Source of the DNA: a virus
Taxonomy: Duplodnaviria; Caudoviricetes
Strand: one strand, 5' to 3'
IMG/VR virus record: IMGVR_UViG_3300005805_000147
Span: 1-44,809 of that record
Length of the DNA: 44,809 nucleotides
Shown in pieces: positions 18,757 to 28,306 of this stretch. Position 1 is the first letter of the stretch. Each line of letters begins with the position of its first letter. The notes beneath the pieces were generated by a model. That model made no database searches. It was not told the DNA's origin and worked only from the letters and a program-made list of their open reading frames with translations. The translations under genes and the position numbers were made by a program.

Positions 18757-19058
18757 AATACCCCTAACAAAAAATAAGAAAGTTTGTAACCGGTAAACGC
18801 ACCCAACGCTGATGGTATGGGAAAAACAATTAGTTTACCTAAATCTGTTACATACTTTGGTCTATTAACAATCTTACCCATAAAAAAATAATAGGTTAGA
18901 TATCCAATTAAGACCGCAATATCGGTTTTTGTTGCAATAAAAACAACCAATGTTGCCCCAATAAATCCAAATGTAAAATTATCTCTTATTCCTTCCCAAA
19001 TTTCTAACCACGTTGCGTTTTTCCATTCTTTGTAAATTTTTTGTGTTTGTTTTCTCAT
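18753..19058 (-). CDS. Membrane protein
   Basis: Three hydrophobic segments; ATGA overlap. Confidence 0.7.
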   Translation of the reverse strand: MRKQTQKIYKEWKNATWLEIWEGIRDNFTFGFIGATLVVFIATKTDIAVLIGYLTYYFFMGKIVNRPKYVTDLGKLIVFPIPSALGAFTGYKLSYFLLGVL

Positions 19059-19059
19059 T

Positions 19060-19308
19060 TTAATTTAATAACGGTATTTTTATTTTTATAGTGATACCAG
19101 CACTACCTGCTGATATCTCGTATGTGTTATATCGATTATCCGTAATAAATCCATATTTTTTAAAACGGAAAACAATCACTTGTTTATTTTCAAATATTGC
19201 ATAAATCGCATTATCCGCATAATCGATAGATGGGTGGGTAACAAATCCCATTTTCCAACTATTTCTAAATTCCTCCTCTAATTCATCTGGCGTAATGTGA
19301 ATTAACAT
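19060..19308 (-). CDS. Hypothetical protein
   Basis: 82 aa, tightly packed between neighbours. Confidence 0.7.
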   Translation of the reverse strand: MLIHITPDELEEEFRNSWKMGFVTHPSIDYADNAIYAIFENKQVIVFRFKKYGFITDNRYNTYEISAGSAGITIKIKIPLLN

Positions 19309-19309
19309 A

Positions 19310-20419
19310 TTAGTTTGATAGTGGTGCTTTGATCTTTGGATGTGATTGATAGTTTAATAGTTCAAAACAATCTGGTCTATAACTTTTTAATTTTTCATCT
19401 AATGTTTTCTTGCCCATATGTTCTTTAACCGCTTCATGTAAATACCAATTTCTTTCTGTAATTTGGATTGTTGGTAATTCATATGGAACTCTGGTAATTT
19501 GTTCTTTAGCTTGTTCAATATGATTTAAATATAAATGAGTATCACCCAAATTACCAGTCAACTCTTCAGGTATCATGTTTAATTCCTTTGCAATTATTTC
19601 CAATAGCAATCCGTAAGATGCGATGTTAAATGGTAATCCTAAAAACGTATCTACACTTCGTTGATTCCACATTAAAGAAATTGCTCTTTTGGGGACATTT
19701 TTATCTATGAGTTCTTGATTCCAAACTTGTCTCTCATAATAGGGATCATCACTTTCGTCTTTCAAAACATACTGAACTCTTTCGCCCACACTCAACTCTC
19801 TCGTATAAACTTGAAATCCATAATGACAAGGTGGTAAAACCATTTCGTCTAATTGGCCCACATTCCAAGCACTTACCATTAATCTTCTACTATCTGGGTT
19901 TGTTTTGAGTTCATTGATTAGATTTTGGATTTGGTCTATTCCTATAAAGTATTCATTGGATATAGAATCGTGTTTTCTTTCACCCCATTTTCTCCATTGT
20001 TTACCATAGATAGGTCCTAAATCGCCATATTCTTTGGCAAATTTTTCATCAGTTTTGATTTTTTTAATAAAGTCCTCTTTATTAGTAATTGCATAACCAG
20101 CAATCGTTGTATCATCCATGAACTTTTCTAAAGTTTTTCTTTGGTAACTTTTCCATGCATCACCATCCCAAATGTGACAATCATAATCCAATAAGAATTT
20201 AATATTAGTTTCACCTCTTAAAAACCATAGTAATTCGGTTACCATAGTTTTCCATGCCATCTTCTTTGTGGTAAGTAGTGGAAACCCTTCACTCATTTTA
20301 TGACGGATTTGTCTACCAAATACCGAAATAGTTCCAGTTCCAGTTCTATCTTTTTTTTCTACACCGTTATCTAAAATGTCTCCAAGTAATTGCTGATATT
20401 GTTTGTCAATATTGTTCAT
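19310..20419 (-). CDS. thyA: Thymidylate synthase
   Basis: DRTGTGT, FPLLTTKK, ELLWFL, LGPIYGKQWR, LPPCH, QRSVDTFLGLPFNIASY. Confidence 0.97.
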   Translation of the reverse strand: MNNIDKQYQQLLGDILDNGVEKKDRTGTGTISVFGRQIRHKMSEGFPLLTTKKMAWKTMVTELLWFLRGETNIKFLLDYDCHIWDGDAWKSYQRKTLEKFMDDTTIAGYAITNKEDFIKKIKTDEKFAKEYGDLGPIYGKQWRKWGERKHDSISNEYFIGIDQIQNLINELKTNPDSRRLMVSAWNVGQLDEMVLPPCHYGFQVYTRELSVGERVQYVLKDESDDPYYERQVWNQELIDKNVPKRAISLMWNQRSVDTFLGLPFNIASYGLLLEIIAKELNMIPEELTGNLGDTHLYLNHIEQAKEQITRVPYELPTIQITERNWYLHEAVKEHMGKKTLDEKLKSYRPDCFELLNYQSHPKIKAPLSN

Positions 20420-20625
20420 TTCTTATAGTATATGTTTTTTTGAAATTGGATTCCCATAAAAAATGTTAACCATCTAATAGACATCCCAAATGCTGGTGAA
20501 GTTATTCCCGTTTCAAAAAATACATCCTGTCTATAATAGAAAACAATTGTTGGTATGATAAACCAATGATACTTTTTATTGTATAAAAAAAAATCTCTTA
20601 GATATTTTGGTTCTTTATTCGTCAT
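20416..20625 (-). CDS. Hypothetical protein
   Basis: 69 aa; overlaps neighbours in operon fashion. Confidence 0.6.
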   Translation of the reverse strand: MTNKEPKYLRDFFLYNKKYHWFIIPTIVFYYRQDVFFETGITSPAFGMSIRWLTFFMGIQFQKNIYYKK

Positions 20626-20905
20626 AATTTCCAGTTGTTCTTCTTAAAAGTCTATCTACATCATCTTCTCTTTCATTGAGTTCTATCATACGAATATAAT
20701 ATCCGTTTTCGTTTGCGGCAGGGTCCTCTGCTTTGACATTTTTATCAAACCATTTACTGAACCATTTTCCCTTGTAGATAAGAACTTGACATCTTTCGCC
20801 AAATTCTTCTCTATCTGATTGGTCCAACAATCCTTCTTCAACAAGTTTATTTAATACGATGTCTTTAACCTTGTTGTAATTCGAGATCTCCGATGTTAAA
20901 TCCAT
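20615..20905 (-). CDS. Hypothetical protein
   Basis: 96-aa ORF. Confidence 0.7.
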   Translation of the reverse strand: MDLTSEISNYNKVKDIVLNKLVEEGLLDQSDREEFGERCQVLIYKGKWFSKWFDKNVKAEDPAANENGYYIRMIELNEREDDVDRLLRRTTGNYDE

Positions 20906-21095
20906 TTTCTTTGAGTTTTTTTAAACTTTTGTAAACAAAATAAGTTTCCGGCATGGTGAACAGATTTTTCTGATACGCATACTCGATTGCTTTTTCAATG
21001 ATTGTCAAAGCATTATGTTCATCAACACTATTAATGAACTCATCGAACTCCTTCTCTGAAGAAAATTCGATTAAACCCCCAAATATATTTTCCAT
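20865..21095 (-). CDS. Hypothetical protein
   Basis: 76 aa, directly after a promoter motif. Confidence 0.7.
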   Translation of the reverse strand: MENIFGGLIEFSSEKEFDEFINSVDEHNALTIIEKAIEYAYQKNLFTMPETYFVYKSLKKLKENGFNIGDLELQQG

Positions 21096-21100
21096 AGAAT

Positions 21101-21132
21101 CAAATATAGTAAATTAATTTGAATATTCCAAA
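21101..21132 (-). promoter_or_regulatory. Bacteroidota-type promoter for the thyA run
   Basis: TTTG-N20-TATATTTG, 5 nt upstream of the ATG at 21095. Confidence 0.7.
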
Positions 21133-21137
21133 TAATT

Positions 21138-21509
21138 ATGAATATGTCTGTAATAATAAACAACACCACATATCCCGCGGAATATCTTTCAAAACCTGAA
21201 GATATTCAAAAAGGTATGATGGGTAGAAAGGAACTAAATGGTTGTATGGTATTCAAAATGGGTATGGGTCACCATTCATTTTGGATGAAAAATTGTTTAA
21301 TTCCTTTGGATATAGTATTTGTTAATAAGAATACGATATCTAAAATACACCATAACTGTCCACCGGCAGAACAACATTCCATGAATCCCCCCAAATATAC
21401 AGGTATAGGTGACCACGTTATTGAATTTCCTGGTGGTACATGTTCAGGTATGAAGGTGGGTGATAAAGTTAATCTATATCTCGGGACACCTCGAAATCCT
21501 GTGGTATAA
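21138..21509 (+). CDS. DUF192 family protein
   Basis: GMMGR, FWMKNCLIPLDIVFV, VIEFPGG. Confidence 0.85.
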   Translation: MNMSVIINNTTYPAEYLSKPEDIQKGMMGRKELNGCMVFKMGMGHHSFWMKNCLIPLDIVFVNKNTISKIHHNCPPAEQHSMNPPKYTGIGDHVIEFPGGTCSGMKVGDKVNLYLGTPRNPVV

Positions 21510-22158
21510 AGTCATAAGTGACTTTTGATTTAACTTTCTCGAATACCCAAAAATATGAATGGTACTTTCTCGCATGATGTTGTTTACTCCACTTTGTACC
21601 ATTGAATGCATTTACCCTAACATTTGATGTTAAAACAAATAGGTCTCTTGGGTAGAATCCTAGTCTGTAAGCCATATTCATGACCATTACGTGACTAAAG
21701 TATTGTTTACCTCCTGATACTGTATCTTGACATTTCATTACAAGGAATCCACCCTTATCTAATATTCGATATAACTCCTTCAATGTATTAAAGTAATTCA
21801 CTTTTAAATCATCATACGTACCATATCCCTCAAATCTCTTTGCAATAATTGAACTACCCTCTTTGTTATTTCTATGACCCATACCGGTTCCAACAATAAC
21901 AAATGGTGGATCGTACATAATACTCTTCATTGAATTATCCTCGAATGGTAAGTCCTCTGAACTCGCTTCTAAAACGGTATCATTTACAGGATACAAATCA
22001 CTTTTATGTTTTGGATGGGGTAAGTCCTTCCAAAAATTTCCTTTGGAATATGTACAATCTAAATCAAATTGTTCAATTCCATAAAGATGCATAATATTAT
22101 GAATAACGTCAAAATTCGAAGAATAGACGCTTTTTACCATTTTAAATTCTTTTTCCAT
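21469..22158 (-). CDS. Amino (N6A/N4C) DNA methyltransferase-like protein
   Basis: LDCTYSKGNFW, YDPPF, ELYRIL..GG. Confidence 0.75.
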   Translation of the reverse strand: MEKEFKMVKSVYSSNFDVIHNIMHLYGIEQFDLDCTYSKGNFWKDLPHPKHKSDLYPVNDTVLEASSEDLPFEDNSMKSIMYDPPFVIVGTGMGHRNNKEGSSIIAKRFEGYGTYDDLKVNYFNTLKELYRILDKGGFLVMKCQDTVSGGKQYFSHVMVMNMAYRLGFYPRDLFVLTSNVRVNAFNGTKWSKQHHARKYHSYFWVFEKVKSKVTYDFIPQDFEVSRDID

Positions 22159-22250
22159 TGATTTTTAATTTTAAATCCATTATATTTTAAGTAAATTATA
22201 ACGAAATAATTTCAATAAACCAAACTATTTATAATTAAAAACAAACTAAT

Positions 22251-22430
22251 ATGGGTTGCGGATGTAAAAAGAAACAAGAATCAACCACTCAGGTGGCACC
22301 TAATCAACAAACAGTTAACATCACTTTGGTAGAAAATAGTGATGGTACAATAACTCAATCTCAAGAAAACTTAGTTAACCAAATCGTAGATAAGTTAAAT
22401 AAGATTGGTGAGAATACCGAAAATCAGTAA
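22251..22430 (+). CDS. Unannotated 59-aa peptide starting MGCGCKKK
   Basis: ATG to TAA frame with TATTTAT upstream and a terminator directly downstream. Confidence 0.8.
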   Translation: MGCGCKKKQESTTQVAPNQQTVNITLVENSDGTITQSQENLVNQIVDKLNKIGENTENQ

Positions 22431-22432
22431 AT

Positions 22433-22472
22433 AATAACGGACACGTTAATAGGTTTGTCCGTTATTTTTTTG
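22433..22472 (+). terminator. Intrinsic terminator
   Basis: aataacggaca...tgtccgttatt followed by a T tract. Confidence 0.75.
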
Positions 22473-22503
22473 ATGTACGATATATAAAAATATATATACT
22501 AAT

Positions 22504-22701
22504 ATGAAAGCAGAAACAAAATTAACGAGTGTAAACATCTTGGATGATGTCTACAAAAAATTTAAAATTAAGTCAATAGAAGGTTCAATCAATTTACAAA
22601 AATTGGTTAACAGGTCATTAGACTTATATAACAAGGACGAAAAATTCAGAGATGTGATTAATAATCATAATGGATTAGCCTCAAGTGGTTCTAAATTTTA
22701 A
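22504..22701 (+). CDS. Small protein, possibly ribbon-helix-helix DNA-binding
   Basis: KLTSVNI strand then two helices; first gene of the glycosylation operon. Confidence 0.6.
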   Translation: MKAETKLTSVNILDDVYKKFKIKSIEGSINLQKLVNRSLDLYNKDEKFRDVINNHNGLASSGSKF

Positions 22702-24056
22702 TGAAAAAGAAAATACTATTACTATCAGACGATTTAAGAATGACATCAGGTATTGCCACAATGTCAAAAGAAATCGTTTTAGGAACGATACACAAATATG
22801 ATTGGGTTCAATTGGGTGCGGCAATTAAACATCCTGAATTTGGAAAAATTGTTGACATAAATGATGATGTTAGAAAAAGAACTGGTGTCTTGGATGCCAA
22901 CTTGAAGATTATACCATATAATGGTTATGGTGACATCAATATTCTTCGTAAATTAATTAATGAAGAAAAACCAGATGCAATCTTACATTTCACAGATCCT
23001 CACTATTGGCAATGGTTATACGATAATGAACATGAGATAAGACAGCAAGTCCCACTTTTATTCTATCATATATGGGATAATCTTCCTGACCCAAAATATA
23101 ATCGTGATTATTATGAATCAGTAGATTGGTTAGGTTGTATTTCTAAACAAACATATGGTATTGTTCATCGTGTGGGTAAATTAGAAAATGGTTCGACTTG
23201 GAAACCTCTTCAGGATTGGCAAATAAAATATGTTCCACATGGAATTAATCCTGAGACATTTAGACCAATGGATAGTGTTTCTGATGAAATTAAAAATTTA
23301 GTACATGGAGAAAAGGGTTACGACTTTGTTCTTTTTTACAATAACAGAAACATCAGAAGAAAACAACCATCAGATGTGATATATGCTTATAAATTGTTTT
23401 GTGATTCATTACCAAAAGAAAAATCAAAAAAATGTCTTTTGTTAATGCACACAGCATCTGTTGATGAAAACGGTACCGATTTACCGGCTGTAATTGATGC
23501 AGTCTGTCCTTATGATGTTAAATTTACCGGTCTTAAACTTGAACAAGATAAACTAAATGAAATCTATAACATTGTTGATTGTACTATTAATATTGCTAAC
23601 AACGAAGGATTCGGGCTCACCACCGCAGAATCACTAATGGCAGGTACACCAATTATCGCAAACGTAACTGGTGGATTACAAGATCAAATGGGTTTTGGTT
23701 ATGATGAAGATAACTATATCTCATTTGGTACATTACATAATAGAAGAATTCATGGTTCGACTATACATGGTGAATGGGTAATCCCCGTATGGCCATCAGC
23801 TATTAACATTAATGGTTCAGTACCAACACCATATATTTTTGACGATAGAGTTAATAATGAAGAAGTTGCATCGGCAATAGGTAAAATGTACTCCTTAACC
23901 AAAAAGAAAAGAAAACAGATTGGTCTGAAAGGAAGAGATTTTATGATTAAAAATCTATCAAATAAAATTATGTCAGAGAAAATGATTGGGGGTATTGAGG
24001 ATACACTTAAGAATTGGAAACCAAAAAGAAAATTTGAATTATATAAAATCGTATGA
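22701..24056 (+). CDS. GT-B glycosyltransferase (GT4-like)
   Basis: VPHGI, NRNIRRK, NEGFGLTTAESLMAGTPII. Confidence 0.88.
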   Translation: MKKKILLLSDDLRMTSGIATMSKEIVLGTIHKYDWVQLGAAIKHPEFGKIVDINDDVRKRTGVLDANLKIIPYNGYGDINILRKLINEEKPDAILHFTDPHYWQWLYDNEHEIRQQVPLLFYHIWDNLPDPKYNRDYYESVDWLGCISKQTYGIVHRVGKLENGSTWKPLQDWQIKYVPHGINPETFRPMDSVSDEIKNLVHGEKGYDFVLFYNNRNIRRKQPSDVIYAYKLFCDSLPKEKSKKCLLLMHTASVDENGTDLPAVIDAVCPYDVKFTGLKLEQDKLNEIYNIVDCTINIANNEGFGLTTAESLMAGTPIIANVTGGLQDQMGFGYDEDNYISFGTLHNRRIHGSTIHGEWVIPVWPSAININGSVPTPYIFDDRVNNEEVASAIGKMYSLTKKKRKQIGLKGRDFMIKNLSNKIMSEKMIGGIEDTLKNWKPKRKFELYKIV

Positions 24057-25306
24057 GTAAACCAACATTATTATTCAGAGGACCGGTAAAAACTAGAAGT
24101 GGGTATGGTTCTCATTCGAGAGATTTGTTAGAATCTTTATATCAAATGAATCTATTTGATATAAAAATAGATAGTTGTGGTTGGGGTTCTACACCTTTAA
24201 CCGCTTTAGAGAAGGATAATTTATTTCACAATTGGATTGAATCAAATATTGTGTCAACATTAAATTCAACTCCCGATTTTTATGTTCAAGTTACAGTTCC
24301 AAATGAATTTCAAAGAGTCGGTAAATTTAATATAGGGGTGACTGCTGGTATTGAAACCACTGTTGCACCAAAAAATTGGATTGATGGTTGTAACAGAATG
24401 GATTTAATTATTACCACATCAGAATTTTCTGCGAGTGTTTTAATGTCAACAGTTTATAATGAGAATGAAAACAACACAGGAAAACTTGTTGCACAACATA
24501 GAATTACAAAACCTATTTCAGTTTTATTTGAGGGTGTTGATGAAAATATTTTCAACAACAAATACTCTGGTATTGATTTAGATATAAAAGAAGAATTTGC
24601 ATTCTTATTTGTGGGACATTGGTTAAAGGGTGATTTGGGTCAAGATAGAAAGGATGTCGGTATGTTAATCAAATGTTTTAGTGAGGCATTTTCGAAACAC
24701 GAAACCAAACCGGCTTTAGTTTTAAAAACATCTTCTGCAACATTTTCTATAAAACAAAGAGAAGAGTTTAGAAAGAAGATTACAAACCTAACAAGTGGTA
24801 TTGAAAATCCACCACCAATTTATCTTTTGTTTGGTGAGTTATCCAATTCAGAAATGAATGAATTATATAACCACCCAAACATAAAGGCAATGGTTTCTTT
24901 AACAAAGGGTGAGGGATTCGGTAGGCCCCTTTTAGAATTCACAATGACAGGTAAACCGGTCATTGCATCCAATTGGTCTGGTCATAAAGATTTCTTACCT
25001 ATGGATAAAGCAATCATGATTGGTGGTAAATTAACTGATGTTCATCAAAGTGCGGTAGATGATTTCATATTAACCGGATCAAAATGGTTTACTGCAAATT
25101 ATAATGAATTTGTTGAGGTATTGAAATTGGTTCATGATGATTATGATAAATTTTTGAAGAGGTCGGAAATACTTCGAAATGAAAATTCGGAAAGATTTAC
25201 ATTATCAAAAATGAAAGATAAATTTGAAGAAATCGTAAAGGTGTATCTAACTGAAAAACCGAAAGAACATAAGTTGGTTTTACCAAAATTAAATAAGATT
25301 AAGTAA
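24053..25306 (+). CDS. GT-B glycosyltransferase (GT4-like)
   Basis: SGYG, FLFVG, DRK, GEGFGRPLLEF..TGKPVIAS. Confidence 0.88.
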   Translation: MSKPTLLFRGPVKTRSGYGSHSRDLLESLYQMNLFDIKIDSCGWGSTPLTALEKDNLFHNWIESNIVSTLNSTPDFYVQVTVPNEFQRVGKFNIGVTAGIETTVAPKNWIDGCNRMDLIITTSEFSASVLMSTVYNENENNTGKLVAQHRITKPISVLFEGVDENIFNNKYSGIDLDIKEEFAFLFVGHWLKGDLGQDRKDVGMLIKCFSEAFSKHETKPALVLKTSSATFSIKQREEFRKKITNLTSGIENPPPIYLLFGELSNSEMNELYNHPNIKAMVSLTKGEGFGRPLLEFTMTGKPVIASNWSGHKDFLPMDKAIMIGGKLTDVHQSAVDDFILTGSKWFTANYNEFVEVLKLVHDDYDKFLKRSEILRNENSERFTLSKMKDKFEEIVKVYLTEKPKEHKLVLPKLNKIK

Positions 25307-25560
25307 TGAGTTTCAAGTTATTAAGAGGAGAAGAAAATAGATTAACATTACAACCCACTAATTTTTTAAGATTTAGACAACCTTCATTTGAGGATATTAA
25401 TAATGTGGAATTTTGTTATCAATTTGATGATGAGGAACCGATGGTTTTTGGTAATGGTCCAAATGATTTACACATTCATGTTTCACCAACACCAAATGGT
25501 AATATTGTTTTTAATAATAACGGAAAGACCTTTAAAATATTTGCAAGAGAAAGACAATGA
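25306..25560 (+). CDS. Hypothetical protein
   Basis: 84 aa; start/stop overlaps on both sides. Confidence 0.65.
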   Translation: MSFKLLRGEENRLTLQPTNFLRFRQPSFEDINNVEFCYQFDDEEPMVFGNGPNDLHIHVSPTPNGNIVFNNNGKTFKIFARERQ

Positions 25561-26177
25561 AAATAAGTTTTGCAATTACAGTTTGTAATGAATTAGAAGA
25601 AATAAAAAGATTGTTACCATTTTTATTGGAGAACAAAAGGATTGAGGATGAGATTGTTATTTTATTCGATGAAAAGAATGGAGACTCAAGGATATTGGAA
25701 TTTCTTTTAGGGTATAATAATTTACCTAATGTTCAAACATGGAGAGGTCAAGATTTTGAAAACAATTTTGCAGAATGGAAGAACAAATTAAATTCATATT
25801 GTTCTGGTGATTATATCTTTCAATTAGATGCTGATGAATTAATCAGTGAACATTTAATTAAAAATGTGTGTGAAATAATTCAAGTTAATCAGGAAGTTGA
25901 TTTATTCTTTGTCCCAAGAATTAATACAGTTAAAGGTATAACCGATGAACATATTAAAAAATGGAGATGGAACTTAGATAGTAACGGAAGAATTAATTAT
26001 CCGGACTATCAAGGTAGAATTTATAAATCTCATTTAAAGTGGGATGGAAAAGTACACGAAAGAATTGTCGGTGCAAAATATTATTCACTATTACCAACAG
26101 AGGAAGAATATTCTCTTACACATCATAAAACAATCGAGAGGCAAGAGAAACAAAACGATTATTACAATAAAATATAA
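25557..26177 (+). CDS. GT2 family glycosyltransferase
   Basis: ISFAITVCNE, QLDADE, VHE. Confidence 0.85.
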   Translation: MKISFAITVCNELEEIKRLLPFLLENKRIEDEIVILFDEKNGDSRILEFLLGYNNLPNVQTWRGQDFENNFAEWKNKLNSYCSGDYIFQLDADELISEHLIKNVCEIIQVNQEVDLFFVPRINTVKGITDEHIKKWRWNLDSNGRINYPDYQGRIYKSHLKWDGKVHERIVGAKYYSLLPTEEEYSLTHHKTIERQEKQNDYYNKI

Positions 26178-26180
26178 CAT

Positions 26181-26723
26181 ATGAAAAGTCTAAATGAAAT
26201 TTACGAGAAATACCAATCACCTGAAGGGCACGGAGACAAAGGAACGGCACACACATATATTGATGAATATAAAAGATTACTAGAACCTTATAGAAAAAAC
26301 TCATTAGTATTAGAAATAGGTTTATTCATGGGTGAATCATTAAGAATGTGGGAAGAATATTTTATTGATTCTGAGGTTATTGGTATGGATATACGAGATT
26401 ATCATTTAGTTAGTATGATAAAAGAAGGTACACATAACATTATAATAGGTGATGCAACAAAACCTGAAATTTTGGATTATGTACCAAATAAATTATTCGA
26501 TGTTATTATAGATGATGGTAGTCATATGTTAGAAGATCAAATCCAAACATTTAATATTTTTAAAAATCGAATGAAACAAAATGGAATCTTCATTATTGAA
26601 GATGTTTGTAATATTGATAGTGTGAGAAATGTTTTTTCATCTTTACATGATAACATAGAAATTATAGATAATAGACATATAAAAAATAGACACGATGATG
26701 TCTTAGTGGTGTATAAATTTTAA
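26181..26723 (+). CDS. Class I SAM-dependent methyltransferase
   Basis: VLEIG..GESL, IGMDI, FDVIIDDGSH, IIED. Confidence 0.85.
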   Translation: MKSLNEIYEKYQSPEGHGDKGTAHTYIDEYKRLLEPYRKNSLVLEIGLFMGESLRMWEEYFIDSEVIGMDIRDYHLVSMIKEGTHNIIIGDATKPEILDYVPNKLFDVIIDDGSHMLEDQIQTFNIFKNRMKQNGIFIIEDVCNIDSVRNVFSSLHDNIEIIDNRHIKNRHDDVLVVYKF

Positions 26724-26726
26724 ATT

Positions 26727-27719
26727 ATGAAGGTATTAATTACAGGGGTAGCCGGATTATTGGGATCAAGATTGGCAGATTATATTATTGAAAATCATCC
26801 CGACGTACACGTAGTAGGTATGGATGATTTAAGTGGTGGTTATAAAGAAAACGTACACCCGAGTGTTGAATTTTGGCAAATGAACTTAGTGACACACCCA
26901 ATTGAGAATTGTTTTGAAGTTCATAAGTTTGATTATGTTTATCATTTTGCAGCATATGCTGCTGAAGGTTTATCACCCTTCATAAGACAATACAATTATG
27001 AAAATAATTTAGTTGCGACCGCAAGAATTATTAATCAATGTATTAAAAATGATGTGAAACGTTTAATATTCACATCAACAATGGCTGTTTATGGGCATGG
27101 TAGTGGTGATATATTTGACGAATCACAGGTACCTTGTCCGGTAGATCCATATGGTATTGCGAAATATGCATGTGAAATGGATATTAAAGTTGCTGGTGAA
27201 CAACACGGATTAGATTGGTGTATCATTCGTCCACACAACGTATATGGAATTAAACAGAACATATGGGACAAGTATAGGAATGTGTTGGGTATTTGGATGT
27301 ATCAGTACATGAATAATGAACCCATGACAATCTTTGGTGACGGTGAACAAAAAAGAGCTTTCAGTTTTATTGATGATTGTTTAGAACCAATGTGGAAAGC
27401 ATCACAACAAGAAAATTGTTCAAAAGAAATTATAAATTTAGGTGGTACCAAACATTACACGATTAATGAAGCGAATAATATTTTAAAAGGGGTAATCAAG
27501 GACGGTGAAACTGTTTATAAAGAACAAAGACACGAAGTGAAAGTTGCAGTTCCAACTTGGCAAAAATCTGTCGAGTTATTAAAGTATGAAGATAAAACAT
27601 CTTTATATGATGGTTTATCTCAAATGTGGGAATGGGCACAAAAACAACCTAACAGAAAAAGATTCATGTGGGATAAGTACGAATTAGAAAAAGGAATTTA
27701 TAGTTTTTGGAAAAAATAG
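26727..27719 (+). CDS. NAD-dependent nucleotide-sugar epimerase/dehydratase
   Basis: TGVAGLLGS, YGIAK, NVYG, GDGEQKRAF. Confidence 0.92.
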   Translation: MKVLITGVAGLLGSRLADYIIENHPDVHVVGMDDLSGGYKENVHPSVEFWQMNLVTHPIENCFEVHKFDYVYHFAAYAAEGLSPFIRQYNYENNLVATARIINQCIKNDVKRLIFTSTMAVYGHGSGDIFDESQVPCPVDPYGIAKYACEMDIKVAGEQHGLDWCIIRPHNVYGIKQNIWDKYRNVLGIWMYQYMNNEPMTIFGDGEQKRAFSFIDDCLEPMWKASQQENCSKEIINLGGTKHYTINEANNILKGVIKDGETVYKEQRHEVKVAVPTWQKSVELLKYEDKTSLYDGLSQMWEWAQKQPNRKRFMWDKYELEKGIYSFWKK

Positions 27720-27724
27720 AAAAA

Positions 27725-28306
27725 ATGAAAAAAATAGAATTTATAATCCCAACTTATAATAGACCAGATAAATTAATGATTATATTGATGTCAATAAAAG
27801 TACAAACAGTTGATAGGTGGAAGGTACACGTTGTTGCAGACGCACCATATGAGGGTTATGAAGAAGTAAAAACATATTTTAAAAATGACCATAGATTTAG
27901 ATTTTCAGAATTAAATGGTCCTCATAAAGATTGGGGTCATACCGCAAGAAACTATGGTTTAGAAAATTTAGAAGAAGATTGGGTTGTAATGTCCGGTGAT
28001 GACAATTATTATGTTCCTGTTTTTGTTGAGACGTTTTTAGACTCGATAAAATTTAGAAACGATGTCAATTTTGTTCATTGTAATTTGGTACATAATTGGG
28101 TTAATAATGATTATATTGCATTAATGTCTGTACCAAAAGTTAACAGAATTGATATTGGTAACTTTATGTCAAAATCAGAATATGCAAAACAACTAAGACT
28201 AGATGTAACCAAAGCAAATGCCGATGGTTTATTTGTTGAGGAATACATAAACAAATTTAAAGGAAACATTATACACATAGAAAAAGTTTTATATGTCCAT
28301 AACTAA
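27725..28306 (+). CDS. GT2 family glycosyltransferase
   Basis: FIIPTYNR, ARNYGL, GDDNY; start placed at MKKIEF. Confidence 0.85.
   Translation: MKKIEFIIPTYNRPDKLMIILMSIKVQTVDRWKVHVVADAPYEGYEEVKTYFKNDHRFRFSELNGPHKDWGHTARNYGLENLEEDWVVMSGDDNYYVPVFVETFLDSIKFRNDVNFVHCNLVHNWVNNDYIALMSVPKVNRIDIGNFMSKSEYAKQLRLDVTKANADGLFVEEYINKFKGNIIHIEKVLYVHN

Noticed and set aside
19310-20419. Intron or intein in thyA
   Set aside because: The ORF is continuous. The two short insertions lack splice motifs and are too small.
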